Assembly (NCBI GenBank): GCA_035565295.1
Contig: DATMSP010000028.1
Location: forward strand, 91,386-155,385
DNA from: Cellvibrio sp.
GTDB lineage: Bacteria > Pseudomonadota > Gammaproteobacteria > Pseudomonadales > Cellvibrionaceae
Length of the DNA: 64,000 bases
Direction of reading: 5' to 3'
The notes under the pieces were generated by a model. That model saw only the letters and a list, made by a program, of their open reading frames with translations. It searched no databases and had not been told where the DNA came from. The position numbers and the translations under genes are program-made. Positions 9,837 through 19,915 of the stretch are shown one piece after another. The first letter of the stretch is position 1. Each line of letters starts with the position of its first letter.

Positions 9837-10005
9837 TCAACCTTTATTGGCATCAATACCATTGTAAATTCCGCAATCATTAAGCCAGACCTTGCCTGTA
9901 TCATCAATACCAATCCAGAGCCAGGTATCCACCTCCTGGTCGGCATGGATTTCTGCGCAACCATAAAAATAGTGAACTCTTCGGCGGGGGTGGTTTTTTC
10001 GATTA
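9837..10005 (-). pseudogene. Frameshifted fragment of a beta-sandwich (PA14/galactose-binding-like) domain
   Basis: Two frames join across a T-run near 9965-9970 to give TPAEEFTIF/YGCAEIHADQEVDTWLWIGIDDTGKVWLND; no convincing start. Confidence 0.45.
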
Positions 10006-10118
10006 TGCAGCCCACCCAGAACAAGGGGCAGGCCATTAGGGATTGAGAGCAATTAAGCCTCGCGAGAAGAGGTGAGTGTTTTTTAAACACCTTAAGGTAT
10101 CGGGAATCTTGGGGCAAT

Positions 10119-10146
10119 AAAAAACCCGCGATTAAGCGGGTTTTTT
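10119..10146 (-). terminator. Intrinsic terminator downstream of tRNA-Leu
   Basis: aaaaaacccgc-gattaa-gcgggtttttt. Confidence 0.85.
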
Positions 10147-10191
10147 AAGGTACTGTATTTTTAAGGCGCTGTAAAAGTACAATACTGAATA

Positions 10192-10276
10192 TGGTGCCCA
10201 AGAAAGGATTTGAACCTTCACGACTCGCGTCACCAACACCTGAAGCTGGCGTGTCTACCAATTTCACCACTTGGGC
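10192..10276 (-). tRNA. tRNA-Leu(CAG)
   Basis: GCCCAAGTGGTGAAATTGGTAGACAC...TTCAGGT anticodon loop, long variable arm, GGTTCAAATCC...GGGCACCA. Confidence 0.97.
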
Positions 10277-10442
10277 AATTTCTCTGGCTTGCGCCGAGGC
10301 CGCGAACTATAAAGAGGCCTCGACCCGTTGTCAACGCGTAAAGTGTTTTTATTTGTGGGTTTGTTGTCGCCACTACCCTATAATTGGCTATAGATTACCC
10401 CCGAGTGGCATTTTGCGCCGCTATTTTGATTACAGGATTCCA

Positions 10443-13070
10443 ATGACCAAACGCAAAACCCCCTTTCGCGACCCCTTTGCCGAGCGCGAGGCCGAGAAAT
10501 ACGAGAACCCCATTCCCAGCCGCGAGTATATTCTCGACCTGCTGGATACTGCCGAGACCCCTGTCACCCATCAGCAAATGTGCGACATGCTGAACCTGAG
10601 CGATGAGGATCAGGTGGAGGCCCTGCGCCGTCGGCTGATTGCCATGGCGCGCGACGGCCAACTGATCAGCAACCGCCGCGATGCCTATGTGCGCCTCGAC
10701 AAGATTGATGTAATCCGCGGGCGCGTACAGGGCCACCGCGATGGCTATGGCTTTGTGATCCGCGCCGACGGCGGCGAGGATATCTATCTGCACAACCGCC
10801 AGATGCGCAAGGTATTTGATGGCGACGAAGTGCTGGTGCGCCTGTCTGGCGAACAGTATCGCGGCAAGGAAGAAGGGGCGATTGTCGAAGTGCTCGCCCA
10901 TAATACCACGCAATTGGCAGGTCGCTTTTACAACGAGGACGGGGTGCAGTTTGTGCGCCCGGAAAATGCCCGCATCACCCAGGATGTGATGATTCCCTTT
11001 GGCTCCTATGGGGGCGCGGTCCACGGTCAAATAGTGGTCGCAGAAATTACCCAGCAACCGGACAAGAGCCGACTGCCGATGGGCCGTGTCATCCAGGTGC
11101 TGGGCGACCATATGGCTCCCGGCATGGAGATTGAACTGGCCATCCAGGCCCACGGCATTCCCTCGGTGTGGCCGCAAGAGGTGGCCGCCGAGGCCGCGCA
11201 ACTGCCCAGTGAAGTGGCCGAAGCCGACAAGCTGCACAGGGTCGACGTACGCAACCTGCCTTTTGTCACCATCGACGGCGAGGATGCCCGCGACTTTGAC
11301 GATGCCGTTCTCTGCGAGCGCCGTCGCGGCGGCTGGCGCCTGTGCGTGGCGATTGCCGATGTCTCCCACTATGTGCAAATAAATAGCGCACTGGATATGG
11401 AAGCCCGCGGTCGTGGCAACTCGGTGTACTTTCCCGATTATGTCGTACCCATGCTACCGGAGGCACTCTCCAATGGTCTCTGCTCCCTGAACCCCCATGT
11501 CGATCGCCTGTGCATGGTCTGCGAAATGACCATCACCGATAGCGGCAAAATTACCGGCTATCAATTTTATGAAGGCGTGATGCACTCGCACGCGCGCCTG
11601 ACCTATACCAAAGTGGGGGAAATCCTCACCGGCGAAGGCGATAACGCCACTGCTCTGCGCGAAGAATACAAAGCGATTGTGCCGCAGCTTGAACTGCTGC
11701 ATGAGCTTTACAAATGCCTGCGCGTTGCCCGCGAAGAGCGCGGTGCAATTGATTTTGAAACCGTGGAGACCCGCATCCAGTTTAACGAAGAGCGCAAAAT
11801 TGAGCGAATAGTGCCCATCAAGCGCAATGATGCCCACAAGCTTATTGAAGAGTGCATGCTCTGCGCCAACGTCTGCTCGGCAAAATTCCTGGAGAAGCAC
11901 GACCTGGTCGGACTCTACCGTGTGCATGAAGGCCCCACCGAACAAAAGCTCGCCAACCTGCGCGAGTTCCTCGCGGAACTGGGCCTGGGACTGGCAGGTG
12001 GCAGTGAGCCAACTTCAGGGGATTACCAGCAGTTGATGCGCTCCATCCAGGAGCGCAGCGATAGTCATATGATCCAGACAGTGATGCTGCGCAGCCTGCG
12101 GCAAGCCATGTACCAGGTGGAAAACCACGGTCATTTCGGCCTGGGCTATGATGCCTATACCCACTTTACTTCGCCGATCCGCCGCTATCCTGACCTGCTG
12201 GTACACCGCGCCATTCGCTCGGTGATTCGCAACGATGCCCCCACCACCCATGTGCGCCGCGTCGAAAGCGCCAACGCTATTCCGAAAAGTAAAATCTACC
12301 CCTATTCCATTGCCGATATGCTGGCTTTTGGCGAACAGTGCTCCCTCACTGAAAGACGCGCCGATGAAGCCACCCGCGATGTGGTGAGCTGGCTCAAATG
12401 TGAATACCTGCGCGATCAGGTGGGCGCAGTCTATGCCGGACACATCAGCGCGGCTACCGGCTTTGGGCTGTTTGTTGAACTCAACGATTTATATGTGGAG
12501 GGGCTGATCCATATCACCGCCCTGCCACATGATTACTATCGCCTTGAGGCGGCACAACATCGCCTGGTTGGCGAGCGCACCCGCAAGGTCTACGGCCTAG
12601 GCGATGAACTTATGGTGCGGGTTGTGCGGGTGGATCTGGAAAACCGCAAAATCGATTTTGAACTCGAATCTGCCAATGCCGTGCGCATTCCCAAAGCAGC
12701 AGTCAAACCCAAGGCGGTGAGAAAGGGCGATAGCAAACACAGCGGCGGCCACCGAAAAGACGAGGCGGGATTTTCCGCGAAAAAAGCGGCCGGCAATAAA
12801 TCAGGGGGGAAAAAATCCGCAGCGCCCGCAGATAAAAAACAGTCGGGTAAAAAAGCTGCTGGCGGGCCGAAAAAATTCGCAGGCACCAAACCTGCAGGCA
12901 CCCAAAAAAGTGAAGGGGCTTCCTATGGCAATAAAAGTCAAAAAGCTTCACGCGCGGCAGCGCCAGCAGCACACCCACATGCGGAGAAAGCAAAGCCGAA
13001 GACGTCTTTCTTCGCTTCGACGAAAGCAGCTATTAAGAAAGTACTGGGTCGCGTTAACAAGAAGGATTAA
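10443..13070 (+). CDS. rnr: Ribonuclease R
   Basis: YENPIPSRE, TIDGEDARDFDDA, HFTSPIRRYPDL, S1 domain, Lys-rich tail; ATG 10443 follows AGGA. Confidence 0.97.
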   Translation: MTKRKTPFRDPFAEREAEKYENPIPSREYILDLLDTAETPVTHQQMCDMLNLSDEDQVEALRRRLIAMARDGQLISNRRDAYVRLDKIDVIRGRVQGHRDGYGFVIRADGGEDIYLHNRQMRKVFDGDEVLVRLSGEQYRGKEEGAIVEVLAHNTTQLAGRFYNEDGVQFVRPENARITQDVMIPFGSYGGAVHGQIVVAEITQQPDKSRLPMGRVIQVLGDHMAPGMEIELAIQAHGIPSVWPQEVAAEAAQLPSEVAEADKLHRVDVRNLPFVTIDGEDARDFDDAVLCERRRGGWRLCVAIADVSHYVQINSALDMEARGRGNSVYFPDYVVPMLPEALSNGLCSLNPHVDRLCMVCEMTITDSGKITGYQFYEGVMHSHARLTYTKVGEILTGEGDNATALREEYKAIVPQLELLHELYKCLRVAREERGAIDFETVETRIQFNEERKIERIVPIKRNDAHKLIEECMLCANVCSAKFLEKHDLVGLYRVHEGPTEQKLANLREFLAELGLGLAGGSEPTSGDYQQLMRSIQERSDSHMIQTVMLRSLRQAMYQVENHGHFGLGYDAYTHFTSPIRRYPDLLVHRAIRSVIRNDAPTTHVRRVESANAIPKSKIYPYSIADMLAFGEQCSLTERRADEATRDVVSWLKCEYLRDQVGAVYAGHISAATGFGLFVELNDLYVEGLIHITALPHDYYRLEAAQHRLVGERTRKVYGLGDELMVRVVRVDLENRKIDFELESANAVRIPKAAVKPKAVRKGDSKHSGGHRKDEAGFSAKKAAGNKSGGKKSAAPADKKQSGKKAAGGPKKFAGTKPAGTQKSEGASYGNKSQKASRAAAPAAHPHAEKAKPKTSFFASTKAAIKKVLGRVNKKD

Positions 13071-13235
13071 ACGCTGGCTCCATATCGAAACCCTTTTGAC
13101 CCAAAAGAAAATCGACGGAGTTCCCACAATCCCTGCGAAAGAGCCCGAGCCGGCACGACGCAGCATGAAAATATCAGGCCGCTAATGCGACAGTCAAACC
13201 GGGCTGTCGCGGCCAGCCCATTACAGGTATAAAAC

Positions 13236-13985
13236 TTGAAGCAGGAAATTGTTTTTGGCTTGCACGCGGTACAAGCCCTATTAAAAAGTGCCCCCCAGCG
13301 CCTTAAAGAAATTTTTATGGTGCAGGGCCGCAACGACCAGCGCCTCAGCAAAATTGTGCTGAGTGCACAGAGCAATGAAATTCCCTACAAAATTGTCAAT
13401 CGCAATAAATTGGATGAACTGGTGGCCGATGAAAACCACCAAGGCGTAGTCGCACTCTGCGAGCCGGGCGAAACCCACGATGAAACTTTTTTATTTAATT
13501 TATTAAAAAATTTACAGGAGCCCGCGTTTTTGCTGATTCTCGATGGCGTCACCGACCCACACAACCTCGGCGCCTGCATGCGCACCGCCGAGGCCGCCGG
13601 TGTGCATGCCGTTATAGCGCCCAAGGATAAATCTGTCGGCCTCACCGCTATTGCCCGCAAGGTGGCCTGCGGAGCTGCGGAAGTCCTGCCGTTTGTGCCG
13701 GTAACCAATCTGGCCCGGACACTGCAAAAACTGCAGGCCGAAGGTATCTGGTTATTTGGGGCGGCGGGTGCGGCAAAAGATTCTGTCTACCAGGCCAAAC
13801 TGACCGGCCCCATAGCGATTCTGATGGGCGCCGAAGGCGATGGCCTGCGCCGCCTGACCCAGGAGAGCTGTGATCATTTGATCAATATTCCCATGGCCGG
13901 CACCGTCAGCAGCCTGAATGTTTCTGTGGCAACCGGAGTCTGTCTGTTTGAGGCCGTGCGTCAGCGCGCAGCGGCAAGCAGATAA
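13236..13985 (+). CDS. rlmB: 23S rRNA Gm2251 methyltransferase
   Basis: LDGVTDPHNLGA, GAEG.GLRRLT, SLNVSVA; follows rnr. Confidence 0.96.
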   Translation: MKQEIVFGLHAVQALLKSAPQRLKEIFMVQGRNDQRLSKIVLSAQSNEIPYKIVNRNKLDELVADENHQGVVALCEPGETHDETFLFNLLKNLQEPAFLLILDGVTDPHNLGACMRTAEAAGVHAVIAPKDKSVGLTAIARKVACGAAEVLPFVPVTNLARTLQKLQAEGIWLFGAAGAAKDSVYQAKLTGPIAILMGAEGDGLRRLTQESCDHLINIPMAGTVSSLNVSVATGVCLFEAVRQRAAASR

Positions 13986-14000
13986 AATACTTCGTCAACC

Positions 14001-14714
14001 TCAAATAACAATGGGCAGCTTTTTTTGCAAAAAAATGCGGCCCCGCTGCAGATCAAACACCGCCCTGTAGGCGATCACTTCAACACCGGCGGCCAGGGCC
14101 TGGCGCAGGCTATTGCCGTAGACGGGATCTATAGTATCTGCCGGCTCGACCCACTCCACCCCCGAATGCTGCACGCAATAGCACAATACTGCGCGATGCC
14201 CCTCTGCCACCATCTGCATCAGCTCGCGCAAGTGCCTGCTGCCGCGCTCGCTCACAGCATCGGGAAACAGCCCCTGCCCTGGCTGCTCCATCAGGGTGAC
14301 ATTTTTAACTTCGACATAACAGGATTGCTGTTCGCCCTGCAATAAAAAATCGATTCGCGATTTTTCGCTGCCGTAGATCACCTCGCGCCTTAGCGACAGA
14401 TAGCCCTGCAATTCGCCAATGGTGCCATTACCAATGGCGGCCTCCACCAGCGCATTGGCACGGGAGGTATTTATACCGGCGAGATGGCCACTGGGAGTTG
14501 TCACTACCTCCAATGTGTGCGGATAGTTGCGCGCAAGATTGGCTGAGGTGGAATACCAGCAAGGGCCCTCTGGCTGCAGGCAATTTTTCATGGACCCGGT
14601 ATTGGGACAGTGCAAAGTGACTGCCTCACCCCCAGGTAAAAGCACATCGGCAAGGAAACGCTTATAACGGCGCAGCAACTGCGCGGGTTTATAGTCTATT
14701 GCAGATTCAGTCAC
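14001..14714 (-). CDS. sfsA: DNA/RNA nuclease SfsA
   Basis: RRYKRFLADV, HCPNTGSM, SRIDFLL, EVKNVT, FPDAVSERG; GTG 14714 follows GGAG. Confidence 0.95.
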   Translation of the reverse strand: MTESAIDYKPAQLLRRYKRFLADVLLPGGEAVTLHCPNTGSMKNCLQPEGPCWYSTSANLARNYPHTLEVVTTPSGHLAGINTSRANALVEAAIGNGTIGELQGYLSLRREVIYGSEKSRIDFLLQGEQQSCYVEVKNVTLMEQPGQGLFPDAVSERGSRHLRELMQMVAEGHRAVLCYCVQHSGVEWVEPADTIDPVYGNSLRQALAAGVEVIAYRAVFDLQRGRIFLQKKLPIVI

Positions 14715-15119
14715 ACAAAACTCCAGGGAACCCTTATCAAAACAGCAAAATTGCAAACAGATGCGCCACCGTAGTTATAAATCAGCTTTTATGGCAAAAC
14801 CAATCAGACGCCATTCTGGTCTATACTCAACTGCAATATCGGGCATAGTTCGCCTGGCCGGGCGCCTATATTACCGTTTGCGGCAGCGCCCCGCCTCATG
14901 GAATTTACCCCTGGAGGCTTATAACCCAGCCGAGAGAAATGGGAGTTTGCCCCGCGCAAAAAACACTGGCACAGATATTTATTATCTGTTAGTTTGCCTC
15001 CCCTTAAAAATTCTTTGGCGGATCAACAATGGTCGCCTTAGAGCGGCCCAACTAACTGACGTTGGCGCAAGCCGATCGGTATATTTGTACGAGACACTTA
15101 GCTCTACGAGGCGCTACAC

Positions 15120-15563
15120 ATGGCGAAAAAAAACCCTTCAACTGAAACCTTTGCCCTCCGCCCCTTCACTCCCTACGAGGAGAAAAAAGGCGAAGAGTAT
15201 ATGAATGACAACCACAAGCAGCACTTCCGCGGTCTGCTGTTGAACTGGCGCTCTGAGCTGATGGAAGAAGTGGATCGCACGGTTAGCCATATGAAAGATG
15301 AAGCGGCCAACTTTCCCGACCCCGCCGACCGCGCCAGCCAGGAAGAAGAGTTCAGCCTGGAATTGCGCACCCGCGACCGCGAGCGCAAGCTTATCAAAAA
15401 GATCGACAGCACCCTTGAGCTGATCGAAAATGATGACTATGGCTATTGCAATGCCTGCGGTGTCGAGATTGGCATCCGCCGCCTCGAAGCGCGCCCTACC
15501 GCCACCCTGTGCGTAGACTGCAAGACCCTGGCCGAAATCAAAGAAAAACAAATCGGCGGTTAG
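15120..15563 (+). CDS. dksA: RNA polymerase-binding transcription factor DksA
   Basis: DPADRASQEEE, CxxC...CxxC zinc finger. Confidence 0.97.
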   Translation: MAKKNPSTETFALRPFTPYEEKKGEEYMNDNHKQHFRGLLLNWRSELMEEVDRTVSHMKDEAANFPDPADRASQEEEFSLELRTRDRERKLIKKIDSTLELIENDDYGYCNACGVEIGIRRLEARPTATLCVDCKTLAEIKEKQIGG

Positions 15564-15599
15564 TGCCGGTCAGCGGCGGGAGCGATCCCGCCACTCCCC

Positions 15600-16526
15600 A
15601 TGTTTAATAACCATTCCAGCACCCACTCACCATACACACCCTATATTGGCCGCTTTGCGCCCTCACCTACAGGCCCATTGCATTTCGGCTCCCTGGTAAG
15701 CGCCCTGGCCAGCTATCTCGATGCGCATCACCAGCAGGGGAAATGGCTGGTGCGGATGGAAGATCTCGACCCGCCACGGGAGCAGCCGGGAGCGGCCAGT
15801 GCAATATTACAAAGCCTGGACGATCACGGCCTGCATTGGGATGGTGATGTTGCCTATCAAAGCCAGCGCCTGAATATCTACCAGGCGTATCTGCTGCAAC
15901 TGCAGGCGGCGGGACTTATCTACGCCTGCAACTGCACCCGGCAGGATCTGGCGGGCATGGGTGGAATCTACAATGGCCGCTGCCGCACGCGCAACATTGA
16001 CCTTCGCCAACCCCACGCGCTGCGACTGAAGCTTTACGATTTACCTGCGAGCCCCACTCAAACTGACACTTTGGCATTCTGCGATTTGATTCAAGGCCCA
16101 CAGCAGCAAAACCTGCGCACAGAGGCGGGCGATCAGATCCTGAAACGCAAGGATGGTTTGTTCGCCTACCAGCTGGCGGTGGTGGTTGACGATATAGAGC
16201 AGCAGATCAGCCATATTATCCGCGGCAGCGATTTGTTGGATGTGACTGCCCGCCAGATTTTTTTATACCAGCTCCTCAATGCGACGCCGCCGCAATTTGG
16301 CCATGTCACCCTGGTCACTCACAGCAGCGGACAGAAACTGAGCAAGCAAAATTTCGCCCCGCCGCTCGACTCCAGCATAGCGGCACAAAATCTTTGGCAC
16401 GCCCTGGCTTTTTTGCGGCAGGAACCGCCACAGGATCTGCTTGGAGCCCAACCCCAGGAATTACTGCAATGGGGTAAAAATCACTGGAAATTAACCAATA
16501 TCCACGGCTTAGGTGCTAGTATTTAG
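15600..16526 (+). CDS. gluQ: Glutamyl-Q tRNA(Asp) synthetase
   Basis: GRFAPSPTGPLHFGS, KLSKQN; truncated GluRS-like protein after dksA. Confidence 0.94.
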   Translation: MFNNHSSTHSPYTPYIGRFAPSPTGPLHFGSLVSALASYLDAHHQQGKWLVRMEDLDPPREQPGAASAILQSLDDHGLHWDGDVAYQSQRLNIYQAYLLQLQAAGLIYACNCTRQDLAGMGGIYNGRCRTRNIDLRQPHALRLKLYDLPASPTQTDTLAFCDLIQGPQQQNLRTEAGDQILKRKDGLFAYQLAVVVDDIEQQISHIIRGSDLLDVTARQIFLYQLLNATPPQFGHVTLVTHSSGQKLSKQNFAPPLDSSIAAQNLWHALAFLRQEPPQDLLGAQPQELLQWGKNHWKLTNIHGLGASI

Positions 16527-16617
16527 CATTGTCGATTTATCCTGTGCGCCCACTCCAACGTTCAGCCTGAACAGCGGGGAAATCGCTTTTATCACACTCA
16601 CTGCGACCACACATCCT

Positions 16618-16800
16618 ATGCACCATCAACGCCTTGTCATTTTGTTGTTGCTTATAGCCTATTTGTTTTCTCCATCCCTGTTTACCTGGATTATCAGCCC
16701 CAATGGAGTCTGGTATCGCCCCTATATTTTCTGGATAGGTGTAGTCATAGTGACTTTTGCATTTCAGATGAGCCGTAAAAAACCCCACAAACTGGATTAA
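16618..16800 (+). CDS. cbrX: CbrX-like small membrane protein
   Basis: RLVILLLLIAYLFSP...WYRPYIFW resembles the Pseudomonas small ORF upstream of cbrA, in the same position. Confidence 0.75.
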   Translation: MHHQRLVILLLLIAYLFSPSLFTWIISPNGVWYRPYIFWIGVVIVTFAFQMSRKKPHKLD

Positions 16801-16845
16801 CCGCGGCTACACACAGCCCCATTCATAACAAATAGAACCTCATTC

Positions 16846-19821
16846 ATGACCTTTGATTTAAGCCAAGTTGCCCTGATCGGAATTAGCTACCTGCTGCTGC
16901 TTTTCGGTATCGCCTACATCACCGAAAAGGGCTGGATACCGGAGAGCATTACCACTCACCCCGTCACCTATATTTTTTCCCTGGGCATTTTCGCCAGCGC
17001 CTGGGCTTTTTACGGTGTAGTGGATCTGGCCTTCCAATTCGGCTACGGCGCACTGGCCTATTACCTGGGAACAGGCGCACTGTTTCTCTTTGCTCCTATA
17101 GCCCTGGCCCCCCTGGCGGAGCTGGCGCGGCGCCATCAGGTACACTCCCTGGCCGACCTGCTGGTGTTTCGCTATCACAGCCATATCGTGGGTGCGCTCA
17201 CCACCTTCTGCATGCTGCTCGGTATATTGCCGCTGATTGCACTGCAGATACAGGCGATTGCCGATACCATGCACATACTGACCGTCAGCGGCCACAGCAA
17301 CGGCAACCTGCTCTCCTTTGATGATACCGGTCTGACCTTCAAAGACATGATGGCGCTCTGTTACTGCGCAATACTCGCCCTATTTACTATTTTGTTTGGC
17401 TCCAGCCGCGACCAGCATCGCGGCCTGATTACTGCCATGGCTTTTGAATCACTGCTCAAGGTATTTGCACTCTGCGCTGTGGGCCTGACGGCGGTGTTCG
17501 GTGTTTTTCACGGCTTCGATGGCCTCAACGAGTGGCTTGCCGACCACCCGGAAAATCTCACCCTGTTGCATGCTCCCATCCAGGATGGCTCAGCCCATAC
17601 ACTGTTGCTGGTTTTTGTGGCAACGGCGGTGACCATGCCGCATATTTTCCACCTCGGCCTGGCCGAAAATCCGCTGATGCGCAACTCGCGCACAGTGACC
17701 TGGGCATTCCCGCTATTCCTGCTGTTGATGTCGCTGCCCATATTCCCAATCTTATGGGCCGGTGCCGAGCTGCAGGTGCCCCTGCCTGCACAGTACTTTA
17801 CCCTGGGTGTGCCACTCGCCTTCAACTCTCCCTCGCTGACCGTATTTGCCTTTATCGGCGGATTATCCGCCGCCACCGGGGCAATGATTATTATTACCCT
17901 GGCCATGACCACCATGGTGATGAACCACTGGCTGCTGCCAAGCTTTCGCCTTACCGCTCGCAAGGACCTGTATCGCCAACTGCTGTGGATCAGACGCTGC
18001 CTGATCGCAGCCATCTTTTTCGGCGGCTATCTGTTCTACTGGGTGCTCAACAATCGCTACAGCCTGCGCGACCTGGCTTTTGTAACCTTTATTGAAACCC
18101 TGCAATTCCTGCCCTGCACCTTTGCCATTATTTTCTGGAGCCCGGGCAATCGTCGCGGCGTGATTGCAGGCCTGTCGGTAGGTACTGCAATTTGGTTTAT
18201 AGGCCTGCTGATGCCCATAGTCACTGGCATTCACTCATTATTTATTCCCTACCTGGAACTCTATATCCCCGTAGGCATAGATTATTGGAATAGCATTACC
18301 CTGCTCTCACTCGGCTTGAACACAGCCATTTTTATCGGTGTATCCCTGCTGACCCAGCAGACAGAAGCAGAGCAATACAGCGCCGACCTCTGCGCGGCTG
18401 ACGAACTCAGCCATCCGGTGCGCCAGGCATTGGATGTCCACTCGGCGGCAGAATTCAAAAGCCGCCTGGCCAAACCCCTCGGCAAAGTGACCGCCAGCCG
18501 CGAAGTGGAGAGCGCGCTCAAGCAACTCGGCCTCAATAATGATGAACGTCGCCCCTACGCCCTGCGTCGCCTGCGCGATCAACTCGAAGGCAATTTATCG
18601 AGCCTTATGGGGATTCACGTTGCCAGCGAAATCATGAATACCTACCTGCCCTTTAAAGTGGCGGAAGTGCGCGATACCCTGGATATCAACCTGATCGAAA
18701 ATCGCCTGTCGCAATATCAGGACAACCTCACAGGTATGGCGGCCGAACTCAACAACCTCCGCCTCTATCACCGCAAAACCCTGCAGGAACTGCCCATGGC
18801 CGTCTGCTCCCTGGGACCGGACACAGAGATCCTTATGTGGAACCGCGCCATGGCAAAGCTCACATCAATCCCCAGCGAGGAAGTGACCGGCTCCTATCTC
18901 GAAGATATTGCCGAGCCCTGGCGCTGCCTGCTCACCGACTTCAGCAACAGCAGCGATGTCCACTTCTCCCGCCACGAGATATCACTCAATGAGCGCCCAC
19001 ACTGGATCAGCCTGCACAAGGCCACCATTGAGGGGCCCATTAGCGATGGCGTTTTCGACCAGGTAATGATGCTGGAAGATGTAACCGAAACCCACCTGCT
19101 GGAGCAGGAGCTGGTACACAGCGAGCGGCTCGCCTCTGTGGGGCGGCTGGCGGCTGGGGTCGCCCACGAAATCGGCAATCCCATCACCGGCATCGCCTGC
19201 CTTGCGCAGAACCTGCGCTATGAATCCAGCAACCCGGAAGTGATGGAGACGGCCAACCAGATTCTCAGCCAAACCGACCGTGTTACCCGCATAGTTCAAT
19301 CCCTGGTAGGCTTTTCGCACTCGGGACACACAGAAAAAAGTGAATTCCAGGCGGTTATATTGCGGGATTGCGCCAACGAGGCCATACACTTGCTCTCGCT
19401 GCAGAAGGACAAGCAGCAGGTGCACTTTATTAACAATATCGCCAAAAATGCCATAGTGGGCGGCGATAGTCAGCGTATGATCCAGGTCTTTATCAACCTG
19501 CTCTCCAACGCCCGCGACGCCAGCCCGGAAGAGGGGCAAGTGGTGCTCGCCAGCAGTGAAGACGAATACTCAATAGAATTTACTGTCACCGACGAGGGCA
19601 GCGGTATAGCGCCGGAGATCATTGAGCGGATTCTCGAACCATTCTTTACCACCAAAGAACCGGGAGAGGGGACAGGGCTGGGATTGGCCATGGTTTACAG
19701 CATTGTGGAAGATCATGGCGGGCTGCTGGATATCGTCAGCCCAGTGGACACACTGCGCAAGCGTGGCGCACAGTTCATCGTTAAATTGCCACGTCATGTT
19801 GATTCTTTGGTGGATATTTAA
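16846..19821 (+). CDS. cbrA: Sensor histidine kinase with sodium:solute symporter domain (CbrA)
   Basis: Multi-TM SSS domain, [14 protein letters not shown]-box, GTGLGL; synteny gluQ-cbrAB-pcnB. Confidence 0.93.
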   Translation: MTFDLSQVALIGISYLLLLFGIAYITEKGWIPESITTHPVTYIFSLGIFASAWAFYGVVDLAFQFGYGALAYYLGTGALFLFAPIALAPLAELARRHQVHSLADLLVFRYHSHIVGALTTFCMLLGILPLIALQIQAIADTMHILTVSGHSNGNLLSFDDTGLTFKDMMALCYCAILALFTILFGSSRDQHRGLITAMAFESLLKVFALCAVGLTAVFGVFHGFDGLNEWLADHPENLTLLHAPIQDGSAHTLLLVFVATAVTMPHIFHLGLAENPLMRNSRTVTWAFPLFLLLMSLPIFPILWAGAELQVPLPAQYFTLGVPLAFNSPSLTVFAFIGGLSAATGAMIIITLAMTTMVMNHWLLPSFRLTARKDLYRQLLWIRRCLIAAIFFGGYLFYWVLNNRYSLRDLAFVTFIETLQFLPCTFAIIFWSPGNRRGVIAGLSVGTAIWFIGLLMPIVTGIHSLFIPYLELYIPVGIDYWNSITLLSLGLNTAIFIGVSLLTQQTEAEQYSADLCAADELSHPVRQALDVHSAAEFKSRLAKPLGKVTASREVESALKQLGLNNDERRPYALRRLRDQLEGNLSSLMGIHVASEIMNTYLPFKVAEVRDTLDINLIENRLSQYQDNLTGMAAELNNLRLYHRKTLQELPMAVCSLGPDTEILMWNRAMAKLTSIPSEEVTGSYLEDIAEPWRCLLTDFSNSSDVHFSRHEISLNERPHWISLHKATIEGPISDGVFDQVMMLEDVTETHLLEQELVHSERLASVGRLAAGVAHEIGNPITGIACLAQNLRYESSNPEVMETANQILSQTDRVTRIVQSLVGFSHSGHTEKSEFQAVILRDCANEAIHLLSLQKDKQQVHFINNIAKNAIVGGDSQRMIQVFINLLSNARDASPEEGQVVLASSEDEYSIEFTVTDEGSGIAPEIIERILEPFFTTKEPGEGTGLGLAMVYSIVEDHGGLLDIVSPVDTLRKRGAQFIVKLPRHVDSLVDI

Positions 19822-19915
19822 GGTAGGATAGCGGCAGAACCTTTTGGGAAGTTGATCTACACTTACACACTGAGTGTTACCAACTGTACTAGTGCTAACA
19901 AGTCGATAAACTTTT

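Noticed and set aside
1-10190. Prophage or integrative element at tRNA-Leu
   Set aside because: No integrase, phage genes or duplicated tRNA 3' end within the window
10191-10442. 84-aa N-terminal extension of rnr in the ORF track
   Set aside because: It reads through the antisense strand of tRNA-Leu; homology and the RBS point to ATG 10443
10395-11378. Long antisense ORFs (also 31316-32146, 43691-44425, 48363-49061, 63122-63802)
   Set aside because: Shadow frames of well-supported genes, caused by codon bias
14967-14983. TGGCAC as a sigma54 promoter for dksA (also at 22012, 45180 and 49981)
   Set aside because: No GC at the -12 position with the required 10-nt spacing
14761-15204. 147-aa ORF upstream of dksA
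   Set aside because: It spans the divergent sfsA/dksA promoter region and overlaps dksA out of frame; no supporting motifs
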